IMG/VR virus record: IMGVR_UViG_3300044723_011150
Source: an uncultured virus (IMG/VR IMGVR_UViG_3300044723_011150)
Lineage: Duplodnaviria; Heunggongvirae; Uroviricota; Caudoviricetes
Length of the DNA: 64,000 nt
Reading direction: 5' to 3' (one strand)
Shown here: piece by piece, positions 7,487 to 17,886 of the stretch
How the letters are laid out: each line of letters begins with the position of its first letter
How positions within the stretch are numbered: position 1 is the stretch's first letter
Notes under the pieces: generated by a model
Told to the model about the DNA's origin: nothing
The model's input: only the letters and a program-made list of their open reading frames with translations
Database searches by the model: none
Position numbers and translations under genes: made by a program

Positions 7487-8122
7487 ATGGGATATGGAAT
7501 AGAATTTTATGGGGCAAATAATCAATTAATTTTTGATTCAGATTTTAATTCTGGAGCTGCTGTAACATTAAACCCTTATTATTTTAATGTAAGCACGCTA
7601 ACACCTGGAGTAGGAACTACTTCGAGTGCAATAACTGTAAATAATGATGATCTTATATTTGTAAAAGTAAATTCAGGTAACTTATATGGAAATATGTCTT
7701 ATCCTACAAGTACAACTAAAACTTTTAGCCCTAATCAGTCTACAGGATATTTTATTGGGAGAAAAACTTCTTCAGTGGGAAATATAGTTTCTGGAGATTA
7801 TGGCTTGGAAATATATGATAGTAATTCAAATGTAACTTTTTCTACTAGAAGAGCTAATAGCTCCATAAATATTAAATACATTTATGATGATAAAGAGCTC
7901 ACTCACCAAGCTACTGTATACACCGCGCCTTCCGGTGAAAGCATAAGCGATTTTTATGTTTCTATTGGTCATATGTTTTATAGCGCAAGCTCAGGAACTT
8001 GGGGGTGCTTTAATTATGGAAGTAACTCTATAACTTTTAGTAGTAATTTAAATCTTGGAATTTTTGGCACTGCAAGTATACCAAATATGGGAAGTGTCTT
8101 AGTCGCTTCAGTAAGAGGATAA
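7487..8122 (+). CDS. Tail-tip accessory protein with duplicated YG(I/L)E motif
   Basis: MGYGIEFYGANNQLIFDS and internal YGLEIYDSNSNVTFS, as in J-associated small tip proteins of T1/N15-like phages. Confidence 0.6.
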   Translation: MGYGIEFYGANNQLIFDSDFNSGAAVTLNPYYFNVSTLTPGVGTTSSAITVNNDDLIFVKVNSGNLYGNMSYPTSTTKTFSPNQSTGYFIGRKTSSVGNIVSGDYGLEIYDSNSNVTFSTRRANSSINIKYIYDDKELTHQATVYTAPSGESISDFYVSIGHMFYSASSGTWGCFNYGSNSITFSSNLNLGIFGTASIPNMGSVLVASVRG

Positions 8123-8128
8123 TTTACC

Positions 8129-8644
8129 ATGGCATTAATAATAAAATATATCGCAACTGTGGATGTTGCAACAGGCGTAATCGAAAGTGTAGGTACAGCC
8201 CCCGGAGCAAACTTACCTGAGCAAGGAATAGTCCAAGGAAGCTCGCCAGTTAAAGAAGTAGTTTGGATCCCTTCACAAGGCTGGGAAGATATAGACAATT
8301 TACAAATTCATGAAGAGTATTATAGAAAAGATGAACAATGGGTTCATAGAGGCCCTCGGCCTACTCCTAGCCATATTTGGGATACTGGTTCAGAATCGTG
8401 GGTATTTAACAGCGAAGACTTTTGGACTGCAGTAAGGGCAGAGAGGAATAAAAAACTAACAGAGAGTGACTGGACACAAATTGCGGATAATAACTTAGAC
8501 GAGTCCGTAAAAGCAGGCTGGAGAAACTATAGAAATCAACTGCGAGATCTTCCTAGTGTTCAAGTGGGGACAACAACTCTTAGTCAAATAGAGTGGCCAG
8601 AGCCCCCAGACGGTAGTATTTTAGAAGTCACACCCCTTCCATAA
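8129..8644 (+). CDS. Tail fibre assembly chaperone
   Basis: VRAERNKKLTESDWTQ...WRNYRNQLRDLP...IEWPEPP signature. Confidence 0.85.
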   Translation: MALIIKYIATVDVATGVIESVGTAPGANLPEQGIVQGSSPVKEVVWIPSQGWEDIDNLQIHEEYYRKDEQWVHRGPRPTPSHIWDTGSESWVFNSEDFWTAVRAERNKKLTESDWTQIADNNLDESVKAGWRNYRNQLRDLPSVQVGTTTLSQIEWPEPPDGSILEVTPLP

Positions 8645-8675
8645 AGTTTTTTCGATACCCTCACAAAAATATACC

Positions 8676-8704
8676 TTGACATTTTAACCCTTTTGAAGTA
8701 GAAT
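8676..8704 (+). promoter_or_regulatory. Sigma70 promoter TTGACA-17-TAGAAT for terS
   Basis: tcacaaaaatataccTTGACAttttaacccttttgaagTAGAAT; only a few nt upstream of ATG 8712. Confidence 0.75.
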
Positions 8705-8711
8705 ACAGGTT

Positions 8712-9173
8712 ATGAGTAAGGAAGTAACTACAATTTCTCCAGAAGGACTTGAAATTGCAAATTCATATTTGCAGTTCGGGAATATTCGCGGTGTTTGCCA
8801 GCATCTCCAGGTCACTGAGAACAAAGTTGTAGAAGCTTTAAACAAGCGAGAAGTTAAAAAGTATATCGACACTGTTTATCTTGACATGGGATTTCGCAAT
8901 AAAAATAATATTGCTTCTGCCTTAGACGAGATAATTGCATCCAAGCTCGAAGAAGCCCAAGAATCAGGAATGTATTCAAATAAAGATTTGGCAGACCTGT
9001 TGCAGATGGCCCATAAAATGAGAATGGATGAGATTAAGGCCCAGGCGGACGCTGAAAAAGCAACTACCAATATTCGCACTCAAAATAATGTGCAAATAAA
9101 TGACGGTAGTCTTCCATTTGGCCAAGGCAACTATGGAAAGTTGATGGACAAGCTGCTAAATGGAGAATCTTGA
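8712..9173 (+). CDS. terS: Terminase small subunit, T5-like
   Basis: ISPEGLEIANSYL...EVKKYID.VYLD.GFRN...I.SKLEE...KMRMDE...NYGKLM resembles T5 TerS; synteny. Confidence 0.8.
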   Translation: MSKEVTTISPEGLEIANSYLQFGNIRGVCQHLQVTENKVVEALNKREVKKYIDTVYLDMGFRNKNNIASALDEIIASKLEEAQESGMYSNKDLADLLQMAHKMRMDEIKAQADAEKATTNIRTQNNVQINDGSLPFGQGNYGKLMDKLLNGES

Positions 9174-9381
9174 AGATAAAGTTCATGACCTGGAAATCTT
9201 TATGTCACGACATGATGCCCAGTGTGAAGAACGATGGAAAACTACATTTAATCGTCTTGAAGAAATTGACGAAACTCTCACGCGCATTGAAGGCAAAATA
9301 ATTCATGCAGCAGGGGCTGCAATACTCTTTCTTGGAGGACTCGTTGTCACCCTAGGTATAATGTTAGCTGAGAGCGTATAA
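9160..9381 (+). CDS. Small coiled-coil protein with C-terminal TM helix
   Basis: HDAQCEERW...RLEEIDETLTRIE followed by a hydrophobic helix. Confidence 0.7.
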   Translation: MENLEDKVHDLEIFMSRHDAQCEERWKTTFNRLEEIDETLTRIEGKIIHAAGAAILFLGGLVVTLGIMLAESV

Positions 9382-12300
9382 TGGCAAAAACCGTACTTAA
9401 TACTAATATTTTTAATGCTGATATAGATAGCCATATCAATACCAGTACTGCGGCAGCAAACGAAGTTCTTAGTTACACTGGTTCAGACTATGACTGGGTT
9501 GTACAATCGGGAGGAATTGCTCTTACTGATCTTTCAGTAACTACAAACTCTGCGGGTACTGCAGCTCTTACATATTCAAACAGTACTGGAGTCTTTACTT
9601 ACACTCCTCCAGACCTTTCTAGCTATCTCACCTCAGAGGTTAACGACTTAACTGCATCAGTTACATGGGCGAATGTACCGAATGCAAACATTACAGAAAG
9701 TAGTGTAACTCAGCATCAAGCAGCTTTAAGCATTACAAGCACTCAAGTAACCGATTTTAGCGAAGCAGTTGATGATGAAGTTAGTACTTTATTACAAGCT
9801 GGTAACGGAATTGATCTTGATTATGACGATGTAAATAATGAGCTAACTATAACCTCAGAAGTTATGGAGATCACTGCGTACAACGGCACTGGCTCCACTT
9901 TGTCAAAAGGTACAGTGGTTTATCAGACCGGCGTACAAGGGACTAACATCAGCGTAGCGGCGGCTACCAATACTTCCGCTTCTACCATGCCCGCTGTGGG
10001 CCTTGTCATTGCTGACATAGCAAACGCGGGCACAGGAAAAATAGCGGTTTCTGGTTTTGTGAAACAGCTAGATACAAGCGCCTTTTCTGCGGGGGATGTT
10101 TTGTATGTTGGAACCTCTGGGGCGTTGACCGCAACAAAGCCAACAGGACAATCTGCATTAATTCAAAATTTTGGCAGAGCAATAAAGATTAACGCGGCAA
10201 GCGGCGAGATTTTAATTTCTGGAGCAGGTCGTTCAAATGACACGCCAAATTTAAATAATGGCAACGTATTTATAGGAAACGCCAGTAATCAAGCAGTAGC
10301 AAGGGCGCTAGTCGAAGCAGACATCAGTGACCTTCAAACTTATTTAACAAGCTATACAGAAACAGACACACTAGATTCTGTAACGGGACGAGGAAGCTCT
10401 ACAACTAATAATATTACTGTAGGAAATGCCACAATTACAGGAAATCTTACAGTTCAAGGAACAACTACAACTCTTGAAACAGCAACATTAAGTGTAGAAG
10501 ATAAAAATATTACTATTAATTATAGCACTGGAGACTCTTCTGCAAGTGCAGATGGTGCTGGTATTACAATTCAAGATGCAGTAAATTCTACTACAGACGC
10601 TACAATTTTATGGGACGCGACCGGAGACAAATTCGAATTTAGCCATGCAGTAGATGTTACTGGAAATATTACAGTATCTGGAACCGTAGATGGAAGAGAC
10701 TTAGCTACTGATGGTACTAAATTAGACGGAATTGAAGCCAATGCAGACGTTACAGATGCAACAAATGTAGCTGCAGCAGGCGCCGTTATGGATGGCGACT
10801 TTACAGCTAACGGCTTCATGAAGCGAACAGGTGCTGGCACCTATACTGTAGATACAAATACTTATTTAACATCCATATCTGTGGGTGGCTTGTCTGATAT
10901 AACTGTTACAAACGTGGCCGATAATGAAGTTCTAGCATATGATAGTACTTCTAGTACTTGGATTAATCAAACTGCGGCAGAAGCAGGATTAGCAACTTCT
11001 TCTCAAGGTACATTAGCAGATAGCGCTTTACAGCCTGCCGACTTAAGTGTAACTACAAACTCCGCAGGTACAGCAGCTCTTTCATACTCAAATGGTGTAT
11101 TTACCTATACTCCTCCAGACCTTTCTAGTTATCTAACTGCAGAGACTAATGATTTAACCGCATCAGTTACATGGGCTAACGTACCTAATGCAAATATCAC
11201 CCAGAGTAGTGTTACTCAACATCAAGCGGCTCTTTCGATTACAGAGTCTCAAATCAGTGACTTAGGAACCTATCTAACTGGTATTACTGGTGAAAACATT
11301 GGAAGTCTTTCCGACGTAACAATTACAAGTGCCGCAGCAGGAGAATTGCTTCGATATAACGGAAGTGCTTGGGTTAATTCCGACCCTGTTGCCGGTAGAT
11401 TTAGTATAATTAACAATGCTTCGAGCGCATATGTATTTACAGGCTCGGGTACTTCTTCAGACTCGAATCCAACTTTATATTTAACTCGCGGTCAAACATA
11501 CGAGTTTGTTGTAAATGCTTCTGGTCATCCATTCTACATTAAAACAGTAAGTGGAACTGGAACGAGCAATGCTTACAGCGATGGAGTAACGAATAATGGT
11601 GCCGCAACTGGTACAGTTACTCTTACTGTACAAATGGACGCTCCGGATACTTTATATTATAACTGTTCCGTTCATAGTGCAATGGCGGGTACAATTTATA
11701 TTCTTGATTCTACTATAGCTCTATCTGATTTTTCAGTAACTACAAACTCAGCGGGTACAGCGGCTCTCTCATATTCAAATGGAGTATTTACTTATACCCC
11801 ACCAGACCTATCTAGCTACTTGACCGGCATTACAGGCCAAAGCATAGAAAATCTTTCTGATGTAAATACTATGACGCCTACAGATGGGCAAGTGCTTACA
11901 TGGGATAACGCTAATAGTAGATGGGATGCAGCTTCTCCGTCCGGAGGTAGCTATAGTGATAGCAGTGTTGATTCACATTTAAATACTAGCACTGCAACTG
12001 CTAACCAAGTTTTAAGCTGGACTGGCTCTGATTATGATTGGGTTGCACAGTCTGGTGGAGGCGGTGGCGGTGCATCCGTAACTTCTTCGGATACAGCACC
12101 TTCCTCTCCTTCGGCTGGAGATCTTTGGTATGATACAACTACATTACGTTTGTATGTTTACTACAATGACGGTTCTTCATCCCAATGGGTTAAAGCGAAT
12201 CCATCAGGTTCTTCAGGTGCATTAGTACAAGAAAGTGCACCAACTAATCCAGCCGCTGGTAATTTGTGGTTTGACCCAAGTACTCTCGAAACTTATGTTT

Positions 12301-14690
12301 ACTATAATGATGGAGACTCAAACCAGTGGGTACAAACAAATCCTGCAGCATCTTCAGCAGGAACTACAGTTTATTCTTCTGTTGATGATCTTCCACTCTC
12401 CGGAGTCGAAACGGGGGCACAAGCATTCGTAAGCTCTACAAGCCGATTATATCTCTGGAATGGTACTGGTTGGTATAACATTGCGCTAATTAACACGACT
12501 CCAAGCATTAGTGGAGCATCTTCTGCTTACACTCTTGCAACTGACGGCACCGCTACGACAGTTACGATAACTGCAACTGATCCCGAAGGACTACCAATTA
12601 CTTACAGTATTGTAAGCGATACCTCCGGAAATATCGCAACTGTGGCACAAGGTACTGGAGCAAGTAGCAATGTATTTACTATTACTCCTTCGACGAGTGC
12701 TGCTAACGCAGGCACGTTTAGTTTAACTTTCAGAGCAAGCGACGGAGTGAATATCGCTACGGCAGCAAGTAGTTTTACCCTTCAGTTTCAGATTCCAAAC
12801 AGTCATTATACACATGCACTAGTTACATCTGTTGGTGCTAACAACGCTGATAATAATGACTTTGTAGACTCAAGTACTAATAGTCATACGATTACTGCAT
12901 CAGGCGATGTAACTCAAAACACTTTTAGTCCTTACAGGTCTGGTGGACACAGTCTATATTTTGATGGAGTAAATGTCATGGATCTAGGGTTTTCTACCTT
13001 AAATTCTGGCAACTGGACTTTTGAATGCTGGGCTTTGTGTGAAACAGGAGAAACTATTTTAGGAAAGTACAATGGAGGAAATCAATTAGAAGCTTTCGCA
13101 ATATCTGGTACAACAGGATATATGTATACTCATACAGGTGTTGGAGTAGAAGCCCCCACCTGCAATACTGATTTAAGAGATGGAAAATGGCACTATCTTG
13201 TGTGGGAACGTTATAATGGTACATATTATTACTGGGCTGACGGCTCTGCAGAAGCTAGTTTTGCTAATACAGAGGCTCCCTCTGGAGGTGGAAACTGGCT
13301 AATGGGAGGTGTTGCAAGTGGTCGTTTTAAAGGATATGTAAAAGAAGCTCGATTTAGTTTAAGTACTGCAGTATATAGTGGAAATGCTCCTACTACTCCT
13401 ACTGAACCTCAAACTACCTCAAATGCTACCGATGCATTTTTTACGGGAGTTGGAACAGAGATAAAAGATTATTCAAGTAATAATCGAACTTTTAATACTA
13501 GCACAACACAACTAAGGCCCTCGAGTCCGTATGATTATGAAGAATATTCATCGAGTAGTAATGGCGGGTCGATAGCTTTTGATGGGACTGGTGATTATTT
13601 AAAAGTAGCTAGTAGCTCAACATTCAACCTTTACAACACGGCTTTCACCATAGAAGGCTGGTTTTATGCTACTGCGCCGGCTTCTGCAGAGCACGTATTT
13701 GCGTCCTATATTGATGCTTCTAATAGAGAAAGTTTATATTTTTCTAACTCTACAACATTAAATTGGTGGGTAAACGGGTCAACAAGAATTTCTGCAACAG
13801 TCACGGCGAATAAGTGGTATCACGTTGCTATAGTAGACAATGGCGGCACCACCACAATGTATATTAATGGAGCTAGCGAGGGTACGTGGACTAGTTCATA
13901 TACAGATGGAAACCGTCTCGCTTGGATCGGAACGTACAATGACGCAGCGACTGCCACTGACAGCTTTACAGGTTTTATAAGTGATTGGAGAATTGTAAAA
14001 GGCACCGCCGTTTACACGTCGGCATTCACTCCGCCTACAGCCCCACTAACAGCAATCACAAATACTCAATTGCTCGTCAGTGGAACCAACGCTGGCATCA
14101 TCGACAAGTCGCAAACAATAAATAGTATGACTTTGACTGGAGGTACAAAATCCTCTACTACCCAATCTAAGTTTTTAACTTCATCTATTTATTTTGATGG
14201 AGTTGATGATATGATAACATTTCCAAGATTTAACATTACTGCAGGCGAAGACTTTACTATAGAGTTCTGGCATTATCTTACAGCTAGAGTAGATTCGTAT
14301 CCAGCATTTTTCGGAAACTATACTACGTGGACAACCGGTACCTTACAATTCTTCGCCGGGCATGGTGGTAGCACTACAACTCAATATCAATTAGCGCACA
14401 ACGGTTCCTTTCCAGCCATCAATGCTGGTACAGTAAACTATAACCAATGGGTTCATGTCGCTATAGCAAGATATAATGGTACTATAACCGTTTACATCGA
14501 TGGATCTAGTATTGGAACAGTAGCTAGCTCAGTTGCTTTAGATGGTAATGGGACTTCATTTTTTGTAGGCAGAAGTAGTGATAGTGCAGATGGCCACATA
14601 CAGGGATATTTGTCTGACTTCCGTGTCACCAGAGGCCTAGCAAGATACACAGCAAACTTCACACCACCAACAGCATCGTTAAAAGGATAA
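9381..14690 (+). CDS. Giant mosaic virion fibre protein (cement-like, cupredoxin-like, Ig/cadherin-like and three LamG-like domains)
   Basis: 1769 aa; internal repeats; FDGxxD...FTIExW...WxHVA...RYTANFTPP LamG/concanavalin A-like signatures; TATDPEG cadherin-like motif. Confidence 0.8.
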   Translation: MAKTVLNTNIFNADIDSHINTSTAAANEVLSYTGSDYDWVVQSGGIALTDLSVTTNSAGTAALTYSNSTGVFTYTPPDLSSYLTSEVNDLTASVTWANVPNANITESSVTQHQAALSITSTQVTDFSEAVDDEVSTLLQAGNGIDLDYDDVNNELTITSEVMEITAYNGTGSTLSKGTVVYQTGVQGTNISVAAATNTSASTMPAVGLVIADIANAGTGKIAVSGFVKQLDTSAFSAGDVLYVGTSGALTATKPTGQSALIQNFGRAIKINAASGEILISGAGRSNDTPNLNNGNVFIGNASNQAVARALVEADISDLQTYLTSYTETDTLDSVTGRGSSTTNNITVGNATITGNLTVQGTTTTLETATLSVEDKNITINYSTGDSSASADGAGITIQDAVNSTTDATILWDATGDKFEFSHAVDVTGNITVSGTVDGRDLATDGTKLDGIEANADVTDATNVAAAGAVMDGDFTANGFMKRTGAGTYTVDTNTYLTSISVGGLSDITVTNVADNEVLAYDSTSSTWINQTAAEAGLATSSQGTLADSALQPADLSVTTNSAGTAALSYSNGVFTYTPPDLSSYLTAETNDLTASVTWANVPNANITQSSVTQHQAALSITESQISDLGTYLTGITGENIGSLSDVTITSAAAGELLRYNGSAWVNSDPVAGRFSIINNASSAYVFTGSGTSSDSNPTLYLTRGQTYEFVVNASGHPFYIKTVSGTGTSNAYSDGVTNNGAATGTVTLTVQMDAPDTLYYNCSVHSAMAGTIYILDSTIALSDFSVTTNSAGTAALSYSNGVFTYTPPDLSSYLTGITGQSIENLSDVNTMTPTDGQVLTWDNANSRWDAASPSGGSYSDSSVDSHLNTSTATANQVLSWTGSDYDWVAQSGGGGGGASVTSSDTAPSSPSAGDLWYDTTTLRLYVYYNDGSSSQWVKANPSGSSGALVQESAPTNPAAGNLWFDPSTLETYVYYNDGDSNQWVQTNPAASSAGTTVYSSVDDLPLSGVETGAQAFVSSTSRLYLWNGTGWYNIALINTTPSISGASSAYTLATDGTATTVTITATDPEGLPITYSIVSDTSGNIATVAQGTGASSNVFTITPSTSAANAGTFSLTFRASDGVNIATAASSFTLQFQIPNSHYTHALVTSVGANNADNNDFVDSSTNSHTITASGDVTQNTFSPYRSGGHSLYFDGVNVMDLGFSTLNSGNWTFECWALCETGETILGKYNGGNQLEAFAISGTTGYMYTHTGVGVEAPTCNTDLRDGKWHYLVWERYNGTYYYWADGSAEASFANTEAPSGGGNWLMGGVASGRFKGYVKEARFSLSTAVYSGNAPTTPTEPQTTSNATDAFFTGVGTEIKDYSSNNRTFNTSTTQLRPSSPYDYEEYSSSSNGGSIAFDGTGDYLKVASSSTFNLYNTAFTIEGWFYATAPASAEHVFASYIDASNRESLYFSNSTTLNWWVNGSTRISATVTANKWYHVAIVDNGGTTTMYINGASEGTWTSSYTDGNRLAWIGTYNDAATATDSFTGFISDWRIVKGTAVYTSAFTPPTAPLTAITNTQLLVSGTNAGIIDKSQTINSMTLTGGTKSSTTQSKFLTSSIYFDGVDDMITFPRFNITAGEDFTIEFWHYLTARVDSYPAFFGNYTTWTTGTLQFFAGHGGSTTTQYQLAHNGSFPAINAGTVNYNQWVHVAIARYNGTITVYIDGSSIGTVASSVALDGNGTSFFVGRSSDSADGHIQGYLSDFRVTRGLARYTANFTPPTASLKG

Positions 14691-14694
14691 TATA

Positions 14695-17322
14695 ATGGCT
14701 ATTAATTTTCCAAGCAATCCTACAAATGGAGACACCATAGCAGTCGGTGGAATTAATTATGTCTACGACTCAACTCAAGGAGTTTGGTCTGATAGTCCGC
14801 AAGGGCTGACTCAAAGTATTGATAAGCTAACTGATGTAGATACTTCTACTACTGCTCCTGCAAATCGGCAAGTACTACAATGGAATAGTACAGATGAAAA
14901 ATGGAAACCTGCAGATTCAGGAGTTCAAGTGTATGCAACAATTGACGATCTTCCTCTTTCAGGAGTAACAGAAGGAGCGATGGCACTTGTCGATTCTACT
15001 GATAAGCTTTATATCTTTAGTGATACTGGATGGTATTCAATAGCAATAGTCAATCAAACTCCTTCAATTAGTGGTGTGAATGCTACTTACACTCTTGCAA
15101 GTGATGGCACAGCTACAACCGTTACGGTTACTGCAACTGATCCTGAAGGCATACCAATCACCTACAGTATTGTTAGCGATACGTCTGGAAATATTGCAAC
15201 GGTTGCTCAAGGCACTGGAGCAAATACTAACCAATGGACAATTACGCCAAGCACAAACGAGGCAAATGCGGGCAGTTTTACATTAGTATTTAGAGCGAGC
15301 GATGGAACTAATATCGCATCGGCTAGCTCTACATTTGAGCTGAGCTTTTCAATCGAAAACAGCAACTACACCACAGCACTAATTACTTCTGTTGGTGCAA
15401 ATACTGCCGTCAATAACTCGTTTGACGACGCCTCTACCAATAATCATACCGTCACTGCTAGCGGCAACGCGACGCAGGGCACATTTAGCCCTTATCGTCG
15501 TGGCGGGTATTCGGTTTATTGCGATGGCAACGATGCAGTTAAATTTAACGAAACGGCTTCAGATGAGTTTACATTCGGGACGGGGGATTTCACCCTAGAG
15601 GGCTGGTTTTGGATTGATCTCGCTTCTATCGGGGCATCAGGAGAGCACACGTTAATAGGTAACAATGGTACAGATGCCGAGCTTTGGTTTAGTGTTATAG
15701 GTTCTCAGTGGGGCGGCCCAAAGTATAATTTTCAAACAGGTACGGGAAGCGGATGGAATACAACTGTTTCGTCAAGCGCGAATACCGTTACATTAAAAGA
15801 ATGGGTACATTTGGCTGTTGTAAGAAACAGTGGAACTGTAACGATTTATGAAAACGGCACTTCAGTAGCAAGCGGCAGTAATACAGATAATATCCCAAAC
15901 ACAAACAGCATGTTGTCATTCATGGGTAGACCCCAAACATATGGTCAATATGCAACAGGTTATATCCATGATGTACGAATAACCAAAGGAGAAGCGGTTT
16001 ATACATCCTCTTTTACGCCACCTACAGAGACACTAACTGCCGGAACCAACACAAAATTACTCGCTTTCAGAAAGCCGTATATTGTTGATGAATCTTCTAG
16101 CGCTCTATCTGTGACGTTAGATACTGGTGACCCGACTGTCGAATCCTTCGGCCCTTACGATTACGCAACATATGCATCTAACGATCACGGCGGGTCGATG
16201 TATTTTGATGGAACTGGTGATTACTTAACTATCGCAGATAGCGCAGATTTAGATATGGGTAGCTCGGATTTTACTATTGAAGGATGGTATTACCCTCACG
16301 CAACGGCTAGTACCAATGATGGATTAATTTCAAAAAGAGCAAATAGTAGTGAATCAAATGGAGTTTTAGTTTATTCCAACACCACAACAGGACACTTTGA
16401 TTTATTAGTAGCGCAATCTGGGTCTTGGGCAATCAATAGTCGATCTAGTATTGCTTTCAAAACTAACCATTGGAATCATTTCGCGGTAGTAAGAAATGGA
16501 ACTAGTTTTAAGTTATATGTAAATGGAAAAGCAGGAGTATCAGTTACTAGCTCTGTTACTATCCCAGATAATAATTCTGCATTCGCAATAGGAGCAATGG
16601 GAGCTGATGGATCTAATACTATACCGGCTTGTAATATAGCTGATGTTCGTGTGGTAAAAGGTACGGCAGTATACACTTCAGACTTCACCCCACCCACAGC
16701 CCCACTTACAGCAATCACCAATACCTCTCTGCTTCTCAAAGGAACAGACGCAGGCATTATCGATAAGTCGCAATCAGTTAAGGCTGTAATTCTAACTGGA
16801 GATGCTCAATCGTCTAGTACTCAGACTAAAAACTCTACAACAAGTATTAAATTCGATGGCACCGGGGATAAGATAGAAATTCCTGATTTTCAACTGCTAA
16901 GAGATGGTAGAGATTTTACTATTGAGTTCTGGATATATTTGACAAATACTAGTGCTGAACGAAATATTCTCGAAACCTTTTCATTTAGCGCCACTACTGG
17001 GTGGACAATCTACCACCTGTCAGGTGGTAGATTAGATTTTTATCCTCACCATACAAACCTGACTACTCTTTCGGCTACAACTTGGACTCACATTGCAATT
17101 GAAAACTATGGTGGAACTATAAAATGTTTTGTTAATGGTACTAGTACTTATTCTGCTACACATTCCACTACTTCTATACCAACAGCGGGGCTACGTATAG
17201 GTACAAGATCTGGAACGGGCAATTATTTTAATGGCTATATGGAAGATATACGAATCACAGATGGTTATGCTAGATATCAAGGTACCAATTTCACAGCGCC
17301 CACAGAGCCTCTAAAAGGATAA
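14695..17322 (+). CDS. Virion fibre protein with Ig/cadherin-like and three LamG-like domains
   Basis: Paralogous to the C-terminal ~780 aa of the upstream gene; N-terminal MAINFPSNPTNGDT module. Confidence 0.85.
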   Translation: MAINFPSNPTNGDTIAVGGINYVYDSTQGVWSDSPQGLTQSIDKLTDVDTSTTAPANRQVLQWNSTDEKWKPADSGVQVYATIDDLPLSGVTEGAMALVDSTDKLYIFSDTGWYSIAIVNQTPSISGVNATYTLASDGTATTVTVTATDPEGIPITYSIVSDTSGNIATVAQGTGANTNQWTITPSTNEANAGSFTLVFRASDGTNIASASSTFELSFSIENSNYTTALITSVGANTAVNNSFDDASTNNHTVTASGNATQGTFSPYRRGGYSVYCDGNDAVKFNETASDEFTFGTGDFTLEGWFWIDLASIGASGEHTLIGNNGTDAELWFSVIGSQWGGPKYNFQTGTGSGWNTTVSSSANTVTLKEWVHLAVVRNSGTVTIYENGTSVASGSNTDNIPNTNSMLSFMGRPQTYGQYATGYIHDVRITKGEAVYTSSFTPPTETLTAGTNTKLLAFRKPYIVDESSSALSVTLDTGDPTVESFGPYDYATYASNDHGGSMYFDGTGDYLTIADSADLDMGSSDFTIEGWYYPHATASTNDGLISKRANSSESNGVLVYSNTTTGHFDLLVAQSGSWAINSRSSIAFKTNHWNHFAVVRNGTSFKLYVNGKAGVSVTSSVTIPDNNSAFAIGAMGADGSNTIPACNIADVRVVKGTAVYTSDFTPPTAPLTAITNTSLLLKGTDAGIIDKSQSVKAVILTGDAQSSSTQTKNSTTSIKFDGTGDKIEIPDFQLLRDGRDFTIEFWIYLTNTSAERNILETFSFSATTGWTIYHLSGGRLDFYPHHTNLTTLSATTWTHIAIENYGGTIKCFVNGTSTYSATHSTTSIPTAGLRIGTRSGTGNYFNGYMEDIRITDGYARYQGTNFTAPTEPLKG

Positions 17323-17325
17323 ACT

Positions 17326-17886
17326 ATGGCAGCTTATAATTTTCCAGCTTCACCCACAAATGGACAAACTGTAACTGTCAATGGCGTTACTTATAGCTAT
17401 AGTACTTCAAAAACACGTTGGCAGGCCTTAGACAATCGCGTTCATCGTTTTTCGGTATCAGAAACTGCCCCTAGTGGCCCTAGCACAGGAGATTTTTGGT
17501 TTGATCCAAACGCTCTTAAAACTTATGTATATTATAATGATGGAAGCTCAAATCAGTGGGTACAAGCAAATCCAACTGGAGCGGGAGGAACTAGCTCTAC
17601 GGCTTGGTTAGAAAAAACTTCGGCATATACAGCAACTGTTGGAGATAAAATAATAGTTGATACTTCTTCAGCAGTTACTATTACTCTTCCTGCAAGCGCG
17701 GCTCGGGGAGATGAGATACGAATTATTGACGGAACAGGAAATGCGAGTACGAATAACATTACAGTAGCAAGAAACGGACACAATATTCAAGGTGCCGCAT
17801 CTGATTTAACAATTTCTACTAATCGAGCAGCTTTTGGTTTAGTATATTATAATACTACAAACGGCTGGATACTAATGGAGCGATAA
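17326..17886 (+). CDS. Fibre adaptor/connector protein
   Basis: MAAYNFPASPTNGQT N-module, APSGPSTGDFWFD repeat, ITLPASA..GDEIRIID...NNITVARNG C-module. Confidence 0.75.
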   Translation: MAAYNFPASPTNGQTVTVNGVTYSYSTSKTRWQALDNRVHRFSVSETAPSGPSTGDFWFDPNALKTYVYYNDGSSNQWVQANPTGAGGTSSTAWLEKTSAYTATVGDKIIVDTSSAVTITLPASAARGDEIRIIDGTGNASTNNITVARNGHNIQGAASDLTISTNRAAFGLVYYNTTNGWILMER

